Assembly: GCA_031286165.1 (NCBI GenBank)
Contig: JAITUU010000018.1
Span: 47,934 to 111,933 of the forward strand
Length of the DNA stretch: 64,000 nucleotides
Origin: Bacteroidales bacterium
Lineage (GTDB): Bacteria > Bacteroidota > Bacteroidia > Bacteroidales > UBA1715
Reading direction: 5' to 3'
This document shows, piece by piece, positions 35,501 through 45,600 of the stretch. The position numbers and the translations under genes were made by a program. Below the pieces are notes generated by a model. That model was not told the origin of the DNA and made no database searches. It saw nothing but the letters and a program-made list of their open reading frames with translations. The number at the start of each line of letters is the position of its first letter. The stretch's first letter is position 1.

Positions 35501-35866
35501 TTACTGCAATTTCCTGTTGCAATAAGTGGTAACTTTCAACTATCGCACACCGAAACTTCGGGACGCACAAGCAATGGCGGAATATTGGAACCCTACTACT
35601 ATGAAAATACCACCACCGCCATAGACGAAACTCACGAAACAACAATAACCATATATCCGAATCCAAGCCTTGTGGGGCAGCAAATAACAATTACCGGCGA
35701 TGCCGCAACAACGTACACATACACTATTTACAGCATAACCGGTGCACGTGTGGCACAACAGCAATTTATCGGCTCTGCAACAATAACAAAGCTACCCACC
35801 GGATTATATACCATAACGCTTACAGCCGAAAATTACTCGAAAATCACAAAACTTTTGGTTCAATAA
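32504..35866 (+). CDS. secreted clan GH-A glycoside hydrolase (GH44-like) with Ig-like modules, CBM6-like module and T9SS C-terminal sorting domain
   Basis: Start set at ATG 32504 (MKKLTLIASALAGALCVSAQQ signal). RWGGNRTSAYNWETNASNAGKDW block, acid/base IDNEPALW, nucleophile context IAFTEFK. CBM6/35-like IEIEDYSF...AGKYTLLLRHSN. C-terminus ITIYPNPS...LPTGLYTITL...KLLVQ is a T9SS type-A CTD. Confidence 0.65.
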   Translation: MKKLTLIASALAGALCVSAQQAIQITVDIKSDVHAISPYIYGANDATNVATAIRWGGNRTSAYNWETNASNAGKDWGPHKSDNFFGTEAQGPAAPILNMVQTAKSRGQYALVTLQALGYVAADFNGNVSSTEKAPSNRWNEVKFRKVDENGNQLPLSLTPDKTDGVVYTDEEINFLINKLGTVGRGGIDAFAIDNEPALWSTTHPYAHSTALKPEELFAKTEGVASVVKEFAPHAEIFGPMYYGFRDAYLTPSYGVDTYLQNAKALEEKYGKRLVDVLAIHWYPEDRANGNRIVNIEGGSYNLSTPEMIKARLHAPREMWDPTATQNASAYPRAGDMRPVLVRLKNSVNTYYPGTKIAFTEFKFDAENHFSGGLALVDVLGVFGREGVYMACKWDEIRDNYATAAYNLYRNYDGNGSTFGETSVRALTTHNDTISTVASLDEQGNLHIMVVNKQDAPQTITYNLPHGLFVSGRSFGFDATSSTITEREAITAIKNNAFPYTVSAYSATHIVLQAAEQTKLVHAVIPADNAQTVVLTFDSGITETTETLLPNFTILREDGTPVEFSSVLQTAANQLTISVDYTFLAEDTLCTIGYEGFNFLGKSDSPIHDFDNVFIKNLLVGAPAFLYDASVNYNGKIITVNASKTVTPQELEFIKNNEIFEPLSIQQNPNNEYQYFVSVNPRITRFDTVQVNYGSNSALIIKQGPYDSPIFDSIVIRDNFTIYAYPSAELVAVDFNTAGFRVQEYEKELEISSVTYLSNKLAITLTDTLWSSKNYTLHYTDTDIIQSRKGGYMNDIMGQEIVNNLKIEPSPVIIGTQKVKIEIEDYSFIRSTTAKLEKCNDKDDAGFQFGFVGRGNMFAYMVDVAQAGKYTLLLRHSNTGGYMQISTGENDYELYVPSGSWSNSALTIDLQTGKQWIVFTTITATPNLNYFEISKGDAPSSAIVTKTQIQRADKSKVILSYNRLIETLPLPSEFTATINGTPIEILSIDYVLPSDKTQLLLQFPVAISGNFQLSHTETSGRTSNGGILEPYYYENTTTAIDETHETTITIYPNPSLVGQQITITGDAATTYTYTIYSITGARVAQQQFIGSATITKLPTGLYTITLTAENYSKITKLLVQ

Positions 35867-35893
35867 ACATTTTACACTAAAACAACAAAACAA

Positions 35894-36853
35894 ATGACAC
35901 AAATAACAATAGGAATAGACATAGGCGGCACCAATACCGTGATGGGTTTTGTAGATAGAGCAGGAAATTGCCTTGCCGAAACTTCGGTGCCCACGCGCGA
36001 ATATTTGGAAATAGACCCCTACATACAAAACCTGAGCCGTGTGCTCAAACAAGAACTTTCGGCGCACGCCGATTGGCAACTTATGGGTATAGGCATAGGT
36101 GCGCCCAATGCCAATTATCACACCGGCACCATAGAAGAAGCACCGAATTTGGCGTGGAAGGGCACGGTGCATTTTTGCGATAAACTCGCGGAGCAGTTTC
36201 CCAACCTTCCCATAGCCATTACCAACGATGCCAACGCAGCCGCCATAGGCGAAATGATGTTCGGTGCGGCAAAAGGCTTGCGCGATTTTGTGGTTATCAC
36301 ACTGGGCACGGGGCTTGGCAGCGGCATTGTGGTAGGTGGCGATTTGGTGTACGGGCACGATGGATTTGCCGGCGAAGTGGGGCACACTACCGTGTTTTTA
36401 GATGGCAGACAGTGCGGCTGCGGCAAACGCGGATGCTTAGAAACCTACGCTTCGGCTACGGGCATGGTGCGCTCTATGACCGAAATTTTATGCAACTCGC
36501 AAAAAGATTCGGAACTGCGCTCTATTCCCAACAATACACTTACCGCCCTCGATATTGAAATAGCCCTCAAAAAAGGCGACACGCTGGCGCAAGAATGTTT
36601 CGACTACACCGGAAAAATTCTGGGACTGAAACTCGCCGATGTGGTGCATCACACCAGCCCTTCACACATATTTATTTTTGGCGGTGTGGCAAAAGCAGGC
36701 GATTTACTGCTCAACCCTATTCGCAAGTACATGGAAGAATACCTATTGCCGGTGTTTCGCAATAAAATTACCATACAGCAAAGCGGATTGCAAAACGTGA
36801 ACGCTGCCGTGCTTGGCGCAAGTGCGCTGGCGTGGAAAGAATTAGAAAAATAA
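35894..36853 (+). CDS. ROK-family glucokinase
   Basis: IGIDIGGTN phosphate-1 motif, ROK signature with the zinc motif GHTTVFLDGRQCGCGKRGCLETYAS. Confidence 0.9.
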   Translation: MTQITIGIDIGGTNTVMGFVDRAGNCLAETSVPTREYLEIDPYIQNLSRVLKQELSAHADWQLMGIGIGAPNANYHTGTIEEAPNLAWKGTVHFCDKLAEQFPNLPIAITNDANAAAIGEMMFGAAKGLRDFVVITLGTGLGSGIVVGGDLVYGHDGFAGEVGHTTVFLDGRQCGCGKRGCLETYASATGMVRSMTEILCNSQKDSELRSIPNNTLTALDIEIALKKGDTLAQECFDYTGKILGLKLADVVHHTSPSHIFIFGGVAKAGDLLLNPIRKYMEEYLLPVFRNKITIQQSGLQNVNAAVLGASALAWKELEK

Positions 36854-36880
36854 AAAAATCCCCTTATGGGGATTTTTTTT
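36853..36880. terminator. bidirectional terminator between ROK kinase and lgt
   Basis: aaaaatcccc ttat ggggattttt perfect hairpin, flanked by A-run and T-run. Confidence 0.8.
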
Positions 36881-37883
36881 ATTCCTTCGCCGTAAAAAAC
36901 TTATACCAACACCACACGCCGAATACAATAAAGGGAAGGCTCAGTAATTGCCCCATATTGAGCGGCATGCTTTGTTCAAAATCCACTTGATTGTTTTTGA
37001 TAAATTCCACCACAAAGCGGAAGCCGAACACCACCACAAGTATAAATCCCAGAATGAAGTATTGCGACACGTGCGCTACCGTTTTTCGAGAAAAATAGTA
37101 GTACATAAGCACTGCAAAGGTGGCAAAATACACCAACGCCTCATACATTTGCGTAGGATGATGTGCCTGCAAAAGTCCATGATTTACAAGAGCCTGTACC
37201 AGTACATTCGAGCGGTCGGCTATCATAAAATGATTTTCTACAAGTATGGCTTTGAGTGAAGAATACGGCAGCCCATGAGCAAATACCTGCGCATGAGTAG
37301 TGAAAAAATCGAGTAATTGATTATATGCAGTGGCGGAAACCACACCCGATTGGGTGAGAATATCGGTTAATTGCTGCGGACTTGCCTGAATAACCGAATC
37401 ACGAAGAAATACAAACGCCCACGGAAGATTGGTAGCAACGCCGTAAATTTCGCTATTCATTAAATTGCCCAAACGCACACAACCTGCCGTGAAGGGAATC
37501 ACAATAGCCGCACGCGAAGTTATCCACAAAAACGACCGACCCGAACGGCGCGAAAAAAGAAAAAATGCCAGCAATAACCCAATTGCTCCGCCATGACTTG
37601 CAAGTCCGCCTTCCCATATATAGAGTATGCGCAGCGGATTTTGCGAATAAAAATCCCATTCGTAGAACAAGGTGTGCCCCAAGCGCAAACCTACTATGAG
37701 TAATACAAAGGTAAGAAAGGTAAACCTATCTAATTCTTTTTGCGACAAACCTTCGCGATTGAAAATTTTACTCAAACACGAGTAAGATACAAAAAAACCA
37801 ATGGCAAAAAACAATCCGTACCAGCGCACGCGAAATCCTTCAATAATTTCGGGTTGCATATTCCATACAATATAATCAAGCAT
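36879..37883 (-). CDS. lgt: prolipoprotein diacylglyceryl transferase
   Basis: RWYGLFFAIGF, GGLASHGGAIG (compare E. coli GGMSFHGGLIG), PWAFVF ... HPTQMYEAL. 334 aa with an enlarged periplasmic insertion. Confidence 0.85.
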   Translation of the reverse strand: MLDYIVWNMQPEIIEGFRVRWYGLFFAIGFFVSYSCLSKIFNREGLSQKELDRFTFLTFVLLIVGLRLGHTLFYEWDFYSQNPLRILYIWEGGLASHGGAIGLLLAFFLFSRRSGRSFLWITSRAAIVIPFTAGCVRLGNLMNSEIYGVATNLPWAFVFLRDSVIQASPQQLTDILTQSGVVSATAYNQLLDFFTTHAQVFAHGLPYSSLKAILVENHFMIADRSNVLVQALVNHGLLQAHHPTQMYEALVYFATFAVLMYYYFSRKTVAHVSQYFILGFILVVVFGFRFVVEFIKNNQVDFEQSMPLNMGQLLSLPFIVFGVWCWYKFFTAKE

Positions 37884-37885
37884 AA

Positions 37886-37913
37886 TTAGTGGTTAGTTAT
37901 TAGTGTTTAGTTG
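37886..37913. repeat. tandem heptamer array TTAGTGG TTAGTTA TTAGTGT TTAGTTG
   Basis: It starts 2 nt upstream of the lgt start codon (37881-37883, minus strand). 25/28 identical to 29067-29094. Confidence 0.75.
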
Positions 37914-37943
37914 AAAACTAAGGATTGAGAACTGAAAATTCTC

Positions 37944-38684
37944 TTAATTCTTAATTGGATTTCTCTTGATTGAATGTGCCAAAATATCCACAATGTGTAT
38001 TGCTGTAATAGGGCAGTTGTTTTTTTCTATATAAGCGGCTATATTCATAAGGCACGATGCTTCGGTGGAGGTAATGTATTGGGCACCGCTTTCTATGGCG
38101 TACTGCACTTTTTGCTCCACCATAGCCTGCGAAATTGCCTTTTGCTTTACCGAAAACGTGCCGCCAAAGCCGCAGCAGGTGTCGCTTTCGGGCATTTCCA
38201 CTATTTCCAAACCTTTCACCTGCGAAAGCAGTTCCCGCGGCTCGCCGCGCAAGCCGTATTCGCGCATGGCAGCACAGGAATCGTGCACACACACTTTTGC
38301 CGAAAATTCCGCACCCACATCGGTAATTTTGAGATAATTCACCAAAAAATCGCAAATTTCATACATACGCGCAGCCACTTGTTGCGCCTGCTGTTTTTCC
38401 TGTTCATTTTCAAAAAGCGATGCGTAGTGGCGTTTTACAAACCCTGTGCAGGAACCGCCCGGACTTACAATTATGTCATTGCCCACAAAATCCTGCAAAA
38501 ACTTACGAGCCATTGCCTGCGTTTGGGCAGTGTAGCCGCTATTATACGAAGGCTGCCCACAGCAACTTTGATTCGGGTTGTACTGCACTTCGCAGCCTAC
38601 TTTTTGCAGCAGTGTTATAAAATTTTCGCCCGTGCGAGGAAACAGTTGGTCTATAAAACAAGGAATGAATACTGAAACGTTCAT
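37944..38684 (-). CDS. (Fe-S)-binding cysteine-rich (CCG-domain) protein, LutA/GlcF-like
   Basis: Two CCG-type motifs (NQSCCGQPSYNSG and SDTCCGFGGTFS). 246 aa, LutA-like. No lutB or lutC adjacent. Confidence 0.8.
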   Translation of the reverse strand: MNVSVFIPCFIDQLFPRTGENFITLLQKVGCEVQYNPNQSCCGQPSYNSGYTAQTQAMARKFLQDFVGNDIIVSPGGSCTGFVKRHYASLFENEQEKQQAQQVAARMYEICDFLVNYLKITDVGAEFSAKVCVHDSCAAMREYGLRGEPRELLSQVKGLEIVEMPESDTCCGFGGTFSVKQKAISQAMVEQKVQYAIESGAQYITSTEASCLMNIAAYIEKNNCPITAIHIVDILAHSIKRNPIKN

Positions 38685-38764
38685 GAAAATTGAAAGTTGA
38701 GAGTTAAAATTGCGAGATAAAAATACAGTTTAATTGTTAATTGTTAAGTATTAATTGTAAATTT
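38684..38764. repeat. two heptamer arrays (TGAAAAT TGAAAGT TGAGAGT TAAAATT ... TTAATTG TTAATTG TTAAGTA TTAATTG TAAATTT)
   Basis: Read directly from the sequence, period 7. It begins at the lutA-like start codon. Confidence 0.6.
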
Positions 38765-38842
38765 TTTACAAAGCAGCCCTCTCTAACTCCCCCAAAGGTT
38801 AATCCGAATACTACTTGAAATCATGTTCAACAAAAAAACATA

Positions 38843-38867
38843 GATTGCTTCACTGCGTTCGCAATGA
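38843..38867. repeat. left copy of perfect 25-bp inverted repeat
   Basis: The reverse complement of gattgcttcactgcgttcgcaatga is identical to 39495-39519. The sequence also belongs to the widespread 'DCFxxxAMT'-translating REP-like family. Confidence 0.9.
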
Positions 38868-38910
38868 TGAAGGAATGGAGGGAGTTCGCAATAACGCTCC
38901 ATATATATTA

Positions 38911-38950
38911 CACTAACCCCTAACAACTAATAACTAACAACTAACTCCTA
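38911..38950. repeat. heptamer array in CAACTAA orientation (CACTAAC CCCTAAC AACTAAT AACTAAC AACTAAC TCCTAA)
   Basis: The reverse complement reads TTAGGAG TTAGTTG TTAGTTA TTAGTTG TTAGGGG TTAGTG. Followed 4 nt later by ATG 38955 of a 29-codon ORF. Confidence 0.7.
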
Positions 38951-39385
38951 AAAAATGCTCAATATCATAAAAAAATATGCCTGCGATACATTTTTTTACA
39001 CAAAACGTGAACAAGTTATGGTTTTTTGTATATTTTTGTACTAACACCCTTTTTGTAAAACTATTAACACTAATAAAAACGTTCGCAAATGCACAAAAAA
39101 TGGATTGTTTGCACCAGCAAAAACGCCATTTTTGAAAAAAACAAAAAAAATTGCATTTTTTTTCATGACCCATGCAACCTTTTTGATAGTTTATTAGTCT
39201 TATAGAAAGACACCCAAAATAGCACCATATTCCGGCACAACCGGAAATTTATATATAGAGACCCTTTTTTATTGACTTATTGGAGGTATTTTTTAGAAAA
39301 TCCACCATTGTGTTGCACTTGCTTGCACTTCTTTGTTTGAAGTGGCGTTTCGTACTGTATGCGAAATCTCTTATTGCAATGTGGA

Positions 39386-39409
39386 GATTCCTGCTTTCGC
39401 AGGAATGAC
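39386..39409. repeat. REP-like palindromic element GATTCCTGC-tttc-GCAGGAATGAC
   Basis: attcctgc/gcaggaat 8-bp stem. Paralogous in design to 9010-9034. Confidence 0.7.
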
Positions 39410-39494
39410 TGCAAAATTGATAAGAGAATACCGGCAAAAACAAGAATAACACATTGGTAGTGTAGGATAGTTCTAAAAAAAATCGCGCTTTCCG

Positions 39495-39519
39495 TCATTG
39501 CGAACGCAGTGAAGCAATC
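39495..39519. repeat. right copy of perfect 25-bp inverted repeat
   Basis: tcattgcgaacgcagtgaagcaatc, 627 bp from the left copy, 163 nt upstream of the giant-gene ATG. Confidence 0.9.
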
Positions 39520-39682
39520 CATACAATGGATTACTTCGGTGTGTCAATGGTGCAGTGATGCCGTGAGCGAATGGTTAGAAATATTCGTATAAAACATACC
39601 GCAACAGCATACACACCCAAAGCCATGAACACAAACAATACAATATATATACCCATTACAAGAACAATTAACACTTATACAC

Positions 39683-42600
39683 ATGAAATCACTTTTACGC
39701 AGTATTCTTTGCACTTTGAGTGCAGTGGTACTATTTGGCACAGGGGCTTTTGCCCAAGCAAACCTCCTTATTTCGGGAGGTAATGCCGTTGCTTCCTACG
39801 TATGCTCCAATTCGCGAGTAGCCGTGTGGGGGAAAAACGAAAGCGGAGGACTCGGATTGGGGCACTCAACTTCTCCGGTAACTACACCGCAATTAATGCC
39901 GCAAAACTCCTTTGGACCTATCACGGTAAAAATACAGCAGGTGAACTCCGGTTCGGGTAGCCACTTTGTGGCTCTTACCTGCGCCACTACCACAGGCGGG
40001 AAAAGCCAAGTGTGGTGCTGGGGAAGCAACGACCGCGGGCAAATAGGCAACGGCGTGAAAGGCGGCACGGTAACTGCTCCGGTGCGCGTGCGGGCAAGTA
40101 GCGGCATTGACGCTGCCTACAAAGAAACAGTAAGTGGCGTTACCTACTTAGTAAATGCCAAAGTGGTATATGCCGGCAACTCCTCTACCTATGCTATTTT
40201 GGAAAATGGCGACTTGGTTTCGTGGGGAGGTAATGGTACCGGAGCTAATCAATACACCCACACCTACGGTATATTGGGTAACGGCACACAAACCGATAGT
40301 TACGAAGCCGTATATGTGCTCACTGCTGCCGGACAACGCTTGAAAAACGTAGTGGCAGTGTGTGCCGGCGATAACTCCGCCTACGCGCTCGATGCCAACG
40401 GACAAGTATGGAGTTGGGGCTGGAGCCAAGGTGCGAATACGAACGGTTCCGATGCAGGTAATGGTTCTTTGGGTCGTCCTTCCGGACAAACAAACTACGC
40501 TACCAAAGTGAACTATGCCAACGGCAGCCCCATGAACAACATTAAATACATATCCTGCTCCGATGGTGCAGCCTTTGTGATAGACAATAACAACTACGTA
40601 TGGGCATGGGGTAATGGTTCTTGGAATTCGCAACTCGGTGTGCCGCAGAATGCAACCGGTTGGGAACCTCGCCAAACAGTAGGCGTGGGCGGCACCGGAT
40701 TTTTGCAGGCACTGCAAGTAGCAGGCGGTCAGGGCTTTGGTATGGGTATCACGCTCGATGGACGCGCCGTAGTATGGGGCGGTGGTGGCTGCCAAGATGG
40801 TGGTGGTGGTACTTCCATACCCGGTGGTACTGCCGATGGTATTCCTCGCTACATTACCAGCGCAGCAAATACTGCCGGAAACGTAACTCTTATCAACCGC
40901 GCCGACCACGGCGGCTGGTTTGTTGATGTCAATAATAACGTGTATGCTTTTGGCTGTAACGAAAATAAGGACGCCGGCTCCACCGGTATATTGGGAACCG
41001 GCGGTTCGAGCGGTTCTCTGAGTGCTGTTACGCAAGTTACTTTACCCACCGGCTGCGACAAGCGCGACCAAGAACCCTTTGCCGACATTTCGCCAAAATT
41101 GGTGGAAGTGTGTAAAACAGGATTTACCGGGCAGGAACTCAAATCGGGATTTACACTCGGCGGTACTACTGCTGCAAATTACACCATTACTTGGGATTAT
41201 TCTGCAACGGGTGCTGCCGGTTCGTGGACACAAATAAAAACCGGCGGAGCAAATACCACTACCAATAAAAGCCTTGCAGCCACCTCTACCACCAACGAAG
41301 GCTGGTATCGCGTAACGGTAAAATACATTGGCGGTAACGCTCCGTGCGATGGCTTCCCTCCTGCGGTAGATAGTATGCGCATAAAATTCTATACTCAAGA
41401 ATTTCAAGACCCCGGCACGCTCAAAGTAACCGATTGTGCTTCTTCGCCCAAAAAAGCAAAAGTATATGTGGCTCCCAAATCACCTGCTACGGCACCTACC
41501 ATAGCCAACCGCGTGTATAATTGGTACACCGCAAGCACCGGCGGCACTCTGCTTGCCACCACCGTAGGTTCAGCCACTGCAAGTACAACAACAGGCACAG
41601 GTTTTGCCGAAATAGAAATAGACAACTTACCCGAACTTACACCTGTAACCGACCCTCCGAAACGGATAGTGTATGTGGAAGAAACCGCCGCTGCTGCCGG
41701 TATGTTTATGAAACGAAGTAGTAACACATGCCAAACATGGACCAAAGAAAATTATTTGAATGCCGGAAATATTTCAAATCAATCGTGGACAGGCTTTACC
41801 CTCACCGAAGAGGCTACTATTAGCGAACTAAGTTTTCTTGTGCGCTTGTGGTTGTACAATGCCGGCACCGTAAGTACTACCATTCGATTTGATATTTATG
41901 CAGGTAATAAAATTCCTTCGGGAACGGCAATAGGTTCTTTAACTGCAACCGTTACTTCTTCTTCTACAAACGAAACAGCAAGTACACAAGTAGCAACTGC
42001 TATCGGAAGCGTGAAATTATCGCCAGGAAATTATGTGATAGGAGCTGCCTACACGACGGGTGTAAACAATGCCGGATTAAAAATAGGCACTACCTCGTGC
42101 ACTCTTGCTTCAAGCGGCAATGACGATGTAACAGGAAGTATTATAAAACACACCGGCATAGGCGAAGGCACTAATGCCAATCCTACTCCTGCTGCATATA
42201 CAAACGTATTTGATATTAAATTCAAAACCTCTCAGCGTTTTTGCGACCGCGTGCCTATGTACATAGTAGTAGATTGCCCCACCTGTACCAAACCAAAACA
42301 AATAGCACTTTCTGCTACCGGTAGTAATATTACCTCCGGAACACCGAAAACCGTGAATTTGTGTGCCGGTGAATCCACCACCCTTTCCACCAATAGCATT
42401 ACTCAAACCGGCTACACCGATTACACTATTCGCTGGTTCAATACCGTGAATGTACAAACCTACAATGCTTCTACCGGAGCAAATGGTACTGCACTCAGTA
42501 GTGTAAATACTTCGGCTACTGTTTCAAGTGCTTCTCTCGCAGTTCCGTACTCCGATGCTACTGCCGCAGGTAAAAAATTCTATGTGTTGGTATTCGACCG

Positions 42601-45600
42601 CAACCAACCTTTGGAAAAATCGTGCTACATGTGGGATAGTATTGTAGTAAAACAATTACCTACTCCTACCGCCACAGTTTCCGGCGGCGGCACCGTGTGT
42701 GAAGGCAATGCGGCTTCGCCGGTAATCGTAACCTTTGCCAATGGTACTACTCCTTATACCTTTACTTCTACGTATTCAGGAGGTAGCGGATTTTCTGACC
42801 AAAGCACCGGTAGCAGCAGTACCTACCAACTCAGCACTCCGCTACCTAACACACCGGGTACGTACACCTACCAACTCACGGCATTTAAAGATGCCAACGG
42901 GTGCGCAGGTACCATACCTACTCCGGCAAAACAAACCATTACCATCAATCCTACGCCTGTGGCAGAAATTAGTGCCACAAAATTGGACTATTGCGCAGAA
43001 ACTACCAGCGGTATCACGCTTTCACTCACACCTGCATCGGGAATTTCGCTCACAGGAGCAACATACGCATGGAAAAACGGCAACACAGCAGCAGGTAGCG
43101 GTGCAACTATTACCAATGCTACCAAAGGTTCGTACACCTGCACCATTACCTTAAACGGCTGTACGCACCTCACTCAGGCTATTTCTATTACCGAAAATCC
43201 GCTGCCAACATATACCATTACGGGCGATGGAGAATATTGCCCTAACGCAACTTCGCGCACTCCTGTGGTGATAACCTTTACCGGCACAGCACCTATTTCG
43301 TTCAATATTGCCAATAAAAGCGATTTCACTGCCAATAGTAGCGGACTTGTGTGGACTTCTACCACTGCCAGCGGCAGTACTTCGCCCGGAACTGTGTATC
43401 AACCTACCAATATAGAAGATGGGAACGGTTGCGTGGCAAAATCGAGCACCAATAAGGTTACGGTAATCAACAAAACCATACCCGGATTGACGGCAAGCAC
43501 TGTTCCCGACATTTGCGTAGGCACGCAATCGACCCTCAATGTGGCACAGTACGTAACCGCTGCGGGCACACCTACCTATACCATGAAATCGGGAAGTACC
43601 GGACCCGTTACTTCCGCCGGTGTACTCACTCTACCAAGCAATACTGCCATGACTTCGCCGCTCACCGTATATGTGGTGGCTACCATGCCGGCACAAGCGG
43701 GCGCAAGTTGCGAAGCATCTATTGAAATACCGGTAACTATCAATCCGCTTCCTTCGGCTACACTTGCCACTTCGCCGGTGTGTAAAGGTATTCAGGCAGA
43801 ACTCACCGCCACTCCTACCGGAGGCACCGCACCCTACACCAACTTTGCATGGACTATTAGCGGCTCAGCGCAATTAGACGCCGCTACCACCACCGCTCCT
43901 ACCAATGTTGTGCGCAGTAGTGCCGATGCCGGCACCTATACAGTGGGAGTAACCGTAACCGATAGTAAGGGTTGCGTGGCTGCCGCAGCGGCTACCACCA
44001 CCGTAACCGTAAAATCTATTCCTACCGTAGCACAGGTTACAGCACAAGAAAAATGTGTATGCCAACCAAGTGATGCTATTTCCTTTACTTCTACGCCTTC
44101 GGGAGCCACCTTTACGTGGACAAACACCAATCCTGTGATAGGACTTGCAGCGAGCGGCACCGGCAGCAGTATTTCTTCGTTTCCCACAGCCAATGGCACT
44201 CCTGCTGCCACCGGTCCTATTAGCGGCGAAATTTGGGCAACACCTTCACTCAATGGCTGCGATGGTATATCTACTAAGGTAACAAGCATTACAGTAAATC
44301 CGCTCCCTACATTTACCATAGCAAGCAATCCTACCAATGCCTGTCAAGTAGATGCAAACAACGCTGCGGCAAATGTAAGCACAAGTGCATCGGGGCTTAA
44401 TGGCGGTACTTTTGTATATAGCAGTAGCGATATTAGCACTATCAATGCCTCTACCGGCGCATTTACCACCGCCGGACTTACACCCGGCGTAAAAACTATC
44501 AAACTCGACTATACCGATGGAAACGGCTGTAAAAATTCCAACACTACCACCTTTACCATAAACACTCCGCCTACCGTAACGCTTACCGCACCGGCAAATG
44601 TATGCTGGAACGACAATCCGGTGCAATTAACCGTAACGGTGAACGGCTCTACCGTGAATTCACCAAACGGCATATTTACCGGCACCCAAGGCGGCACCAA
44701 TATGGCTAACCCCATAGCAGCAGGCGGTACAAGTAATTTTACTTATACTCACACCGATGCCAATAGTTGCGTGGGTACTGCAAGTGCAAGCATGGTTACT
44801 ACCTTTGTAGATAGACCTACATCTGCCGGAAAAACTATTCAAATACAAAGTGATAACCTCTTTACTCCGGGCGAAAATACCAACATAGATGCAGCCTTCC
44901 CTGCAAGCGGAGCCGATGCCATTCAGTGGTTTTCGGGTACTACCTGCGGCACAAATCTTGTGGGAGTGGGCGTGCAAAATAACGGACAAACCCTTGTAAC
45001 CGGCAAAACCGAAGCCGATGGCGTGGGCAACTATCCTTACCAAATTCGCGCAACAAAAACAGTGGGCGGAGTAAGCTGTTACAGTGAATGTAATCCTACT
45101 GCATTGGTAATCACTTCGTGCCCGGCACAAACACCCGGCACACAAAATGCACACTACTGCTTGGGCGAAACTGCAAGCCTTACCGCTACTCCATGGCAAA
45201 ATGCAAGCAACGTGGCATGGTTCGATAAAAACCCTGTAGGACTTACCGGCACCACCTTCCCGCAAGGCGGCGTAAACCAACTCGGTACCGGCACTACCTA
45301 CACTCCTGCCAATCAAGCAGCAGGAGAGCAAATAGTGTATGTAGCCGAATACGACCCTACCAATCATTGCTGGAGCGGCGGCGGTATTGTAAGCCTTTCT
45401 ATTCACAATAAACCTGCTCCTACTGTTACCACCGCAGGCGGTTCAAATTTCTGTGCCACCGGTAAAACTCCTTCGGAAAATCCGAAAATATTTACCCTCA
45501 CTCCTGCTCCCGACCAATTACAAACAGGAAGTACATGGAGTTTTGCACAACGCCAACCTGCCGGAACCCCTACACGAGGAGGATTTACCAATAGTTCTTC

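Noticed and set aside
37951-38675. 233-aa plus-strand ORF, a 134-aa off-frame minus-strand ORF and smaller plus-strand ORFs overlapping the lutA-like gene
   Set aside because: The 246-aa minus-strand frame (37944-38684) has two clean CCG cysteine motifs. The alternatives are Arg/His/Phe-rich shadow or off-frame ORFs.
37944-38684. Orphan lutA-like gene as evidence of a decayed lutABC operon
   Set aside because: Stand-alone CCG-domain Fe-S proteins are common. No lutB or lutC fragments or frameshifted remnants were visible in the flanking DNA.
38934-39741. Track ORFs in the 1-kb intergenic region (38934-39173, 39249-39452, 39277-39522, 39544-39741, all minus strand)
   Set aside because: They are composed of translated repeat elements (for example MDCFTAFAMT... 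and ...SPHCNKRFRI) and poly-A/T tracts, which is the classic false-ORF signature of REP-like repeats. They have no start context.
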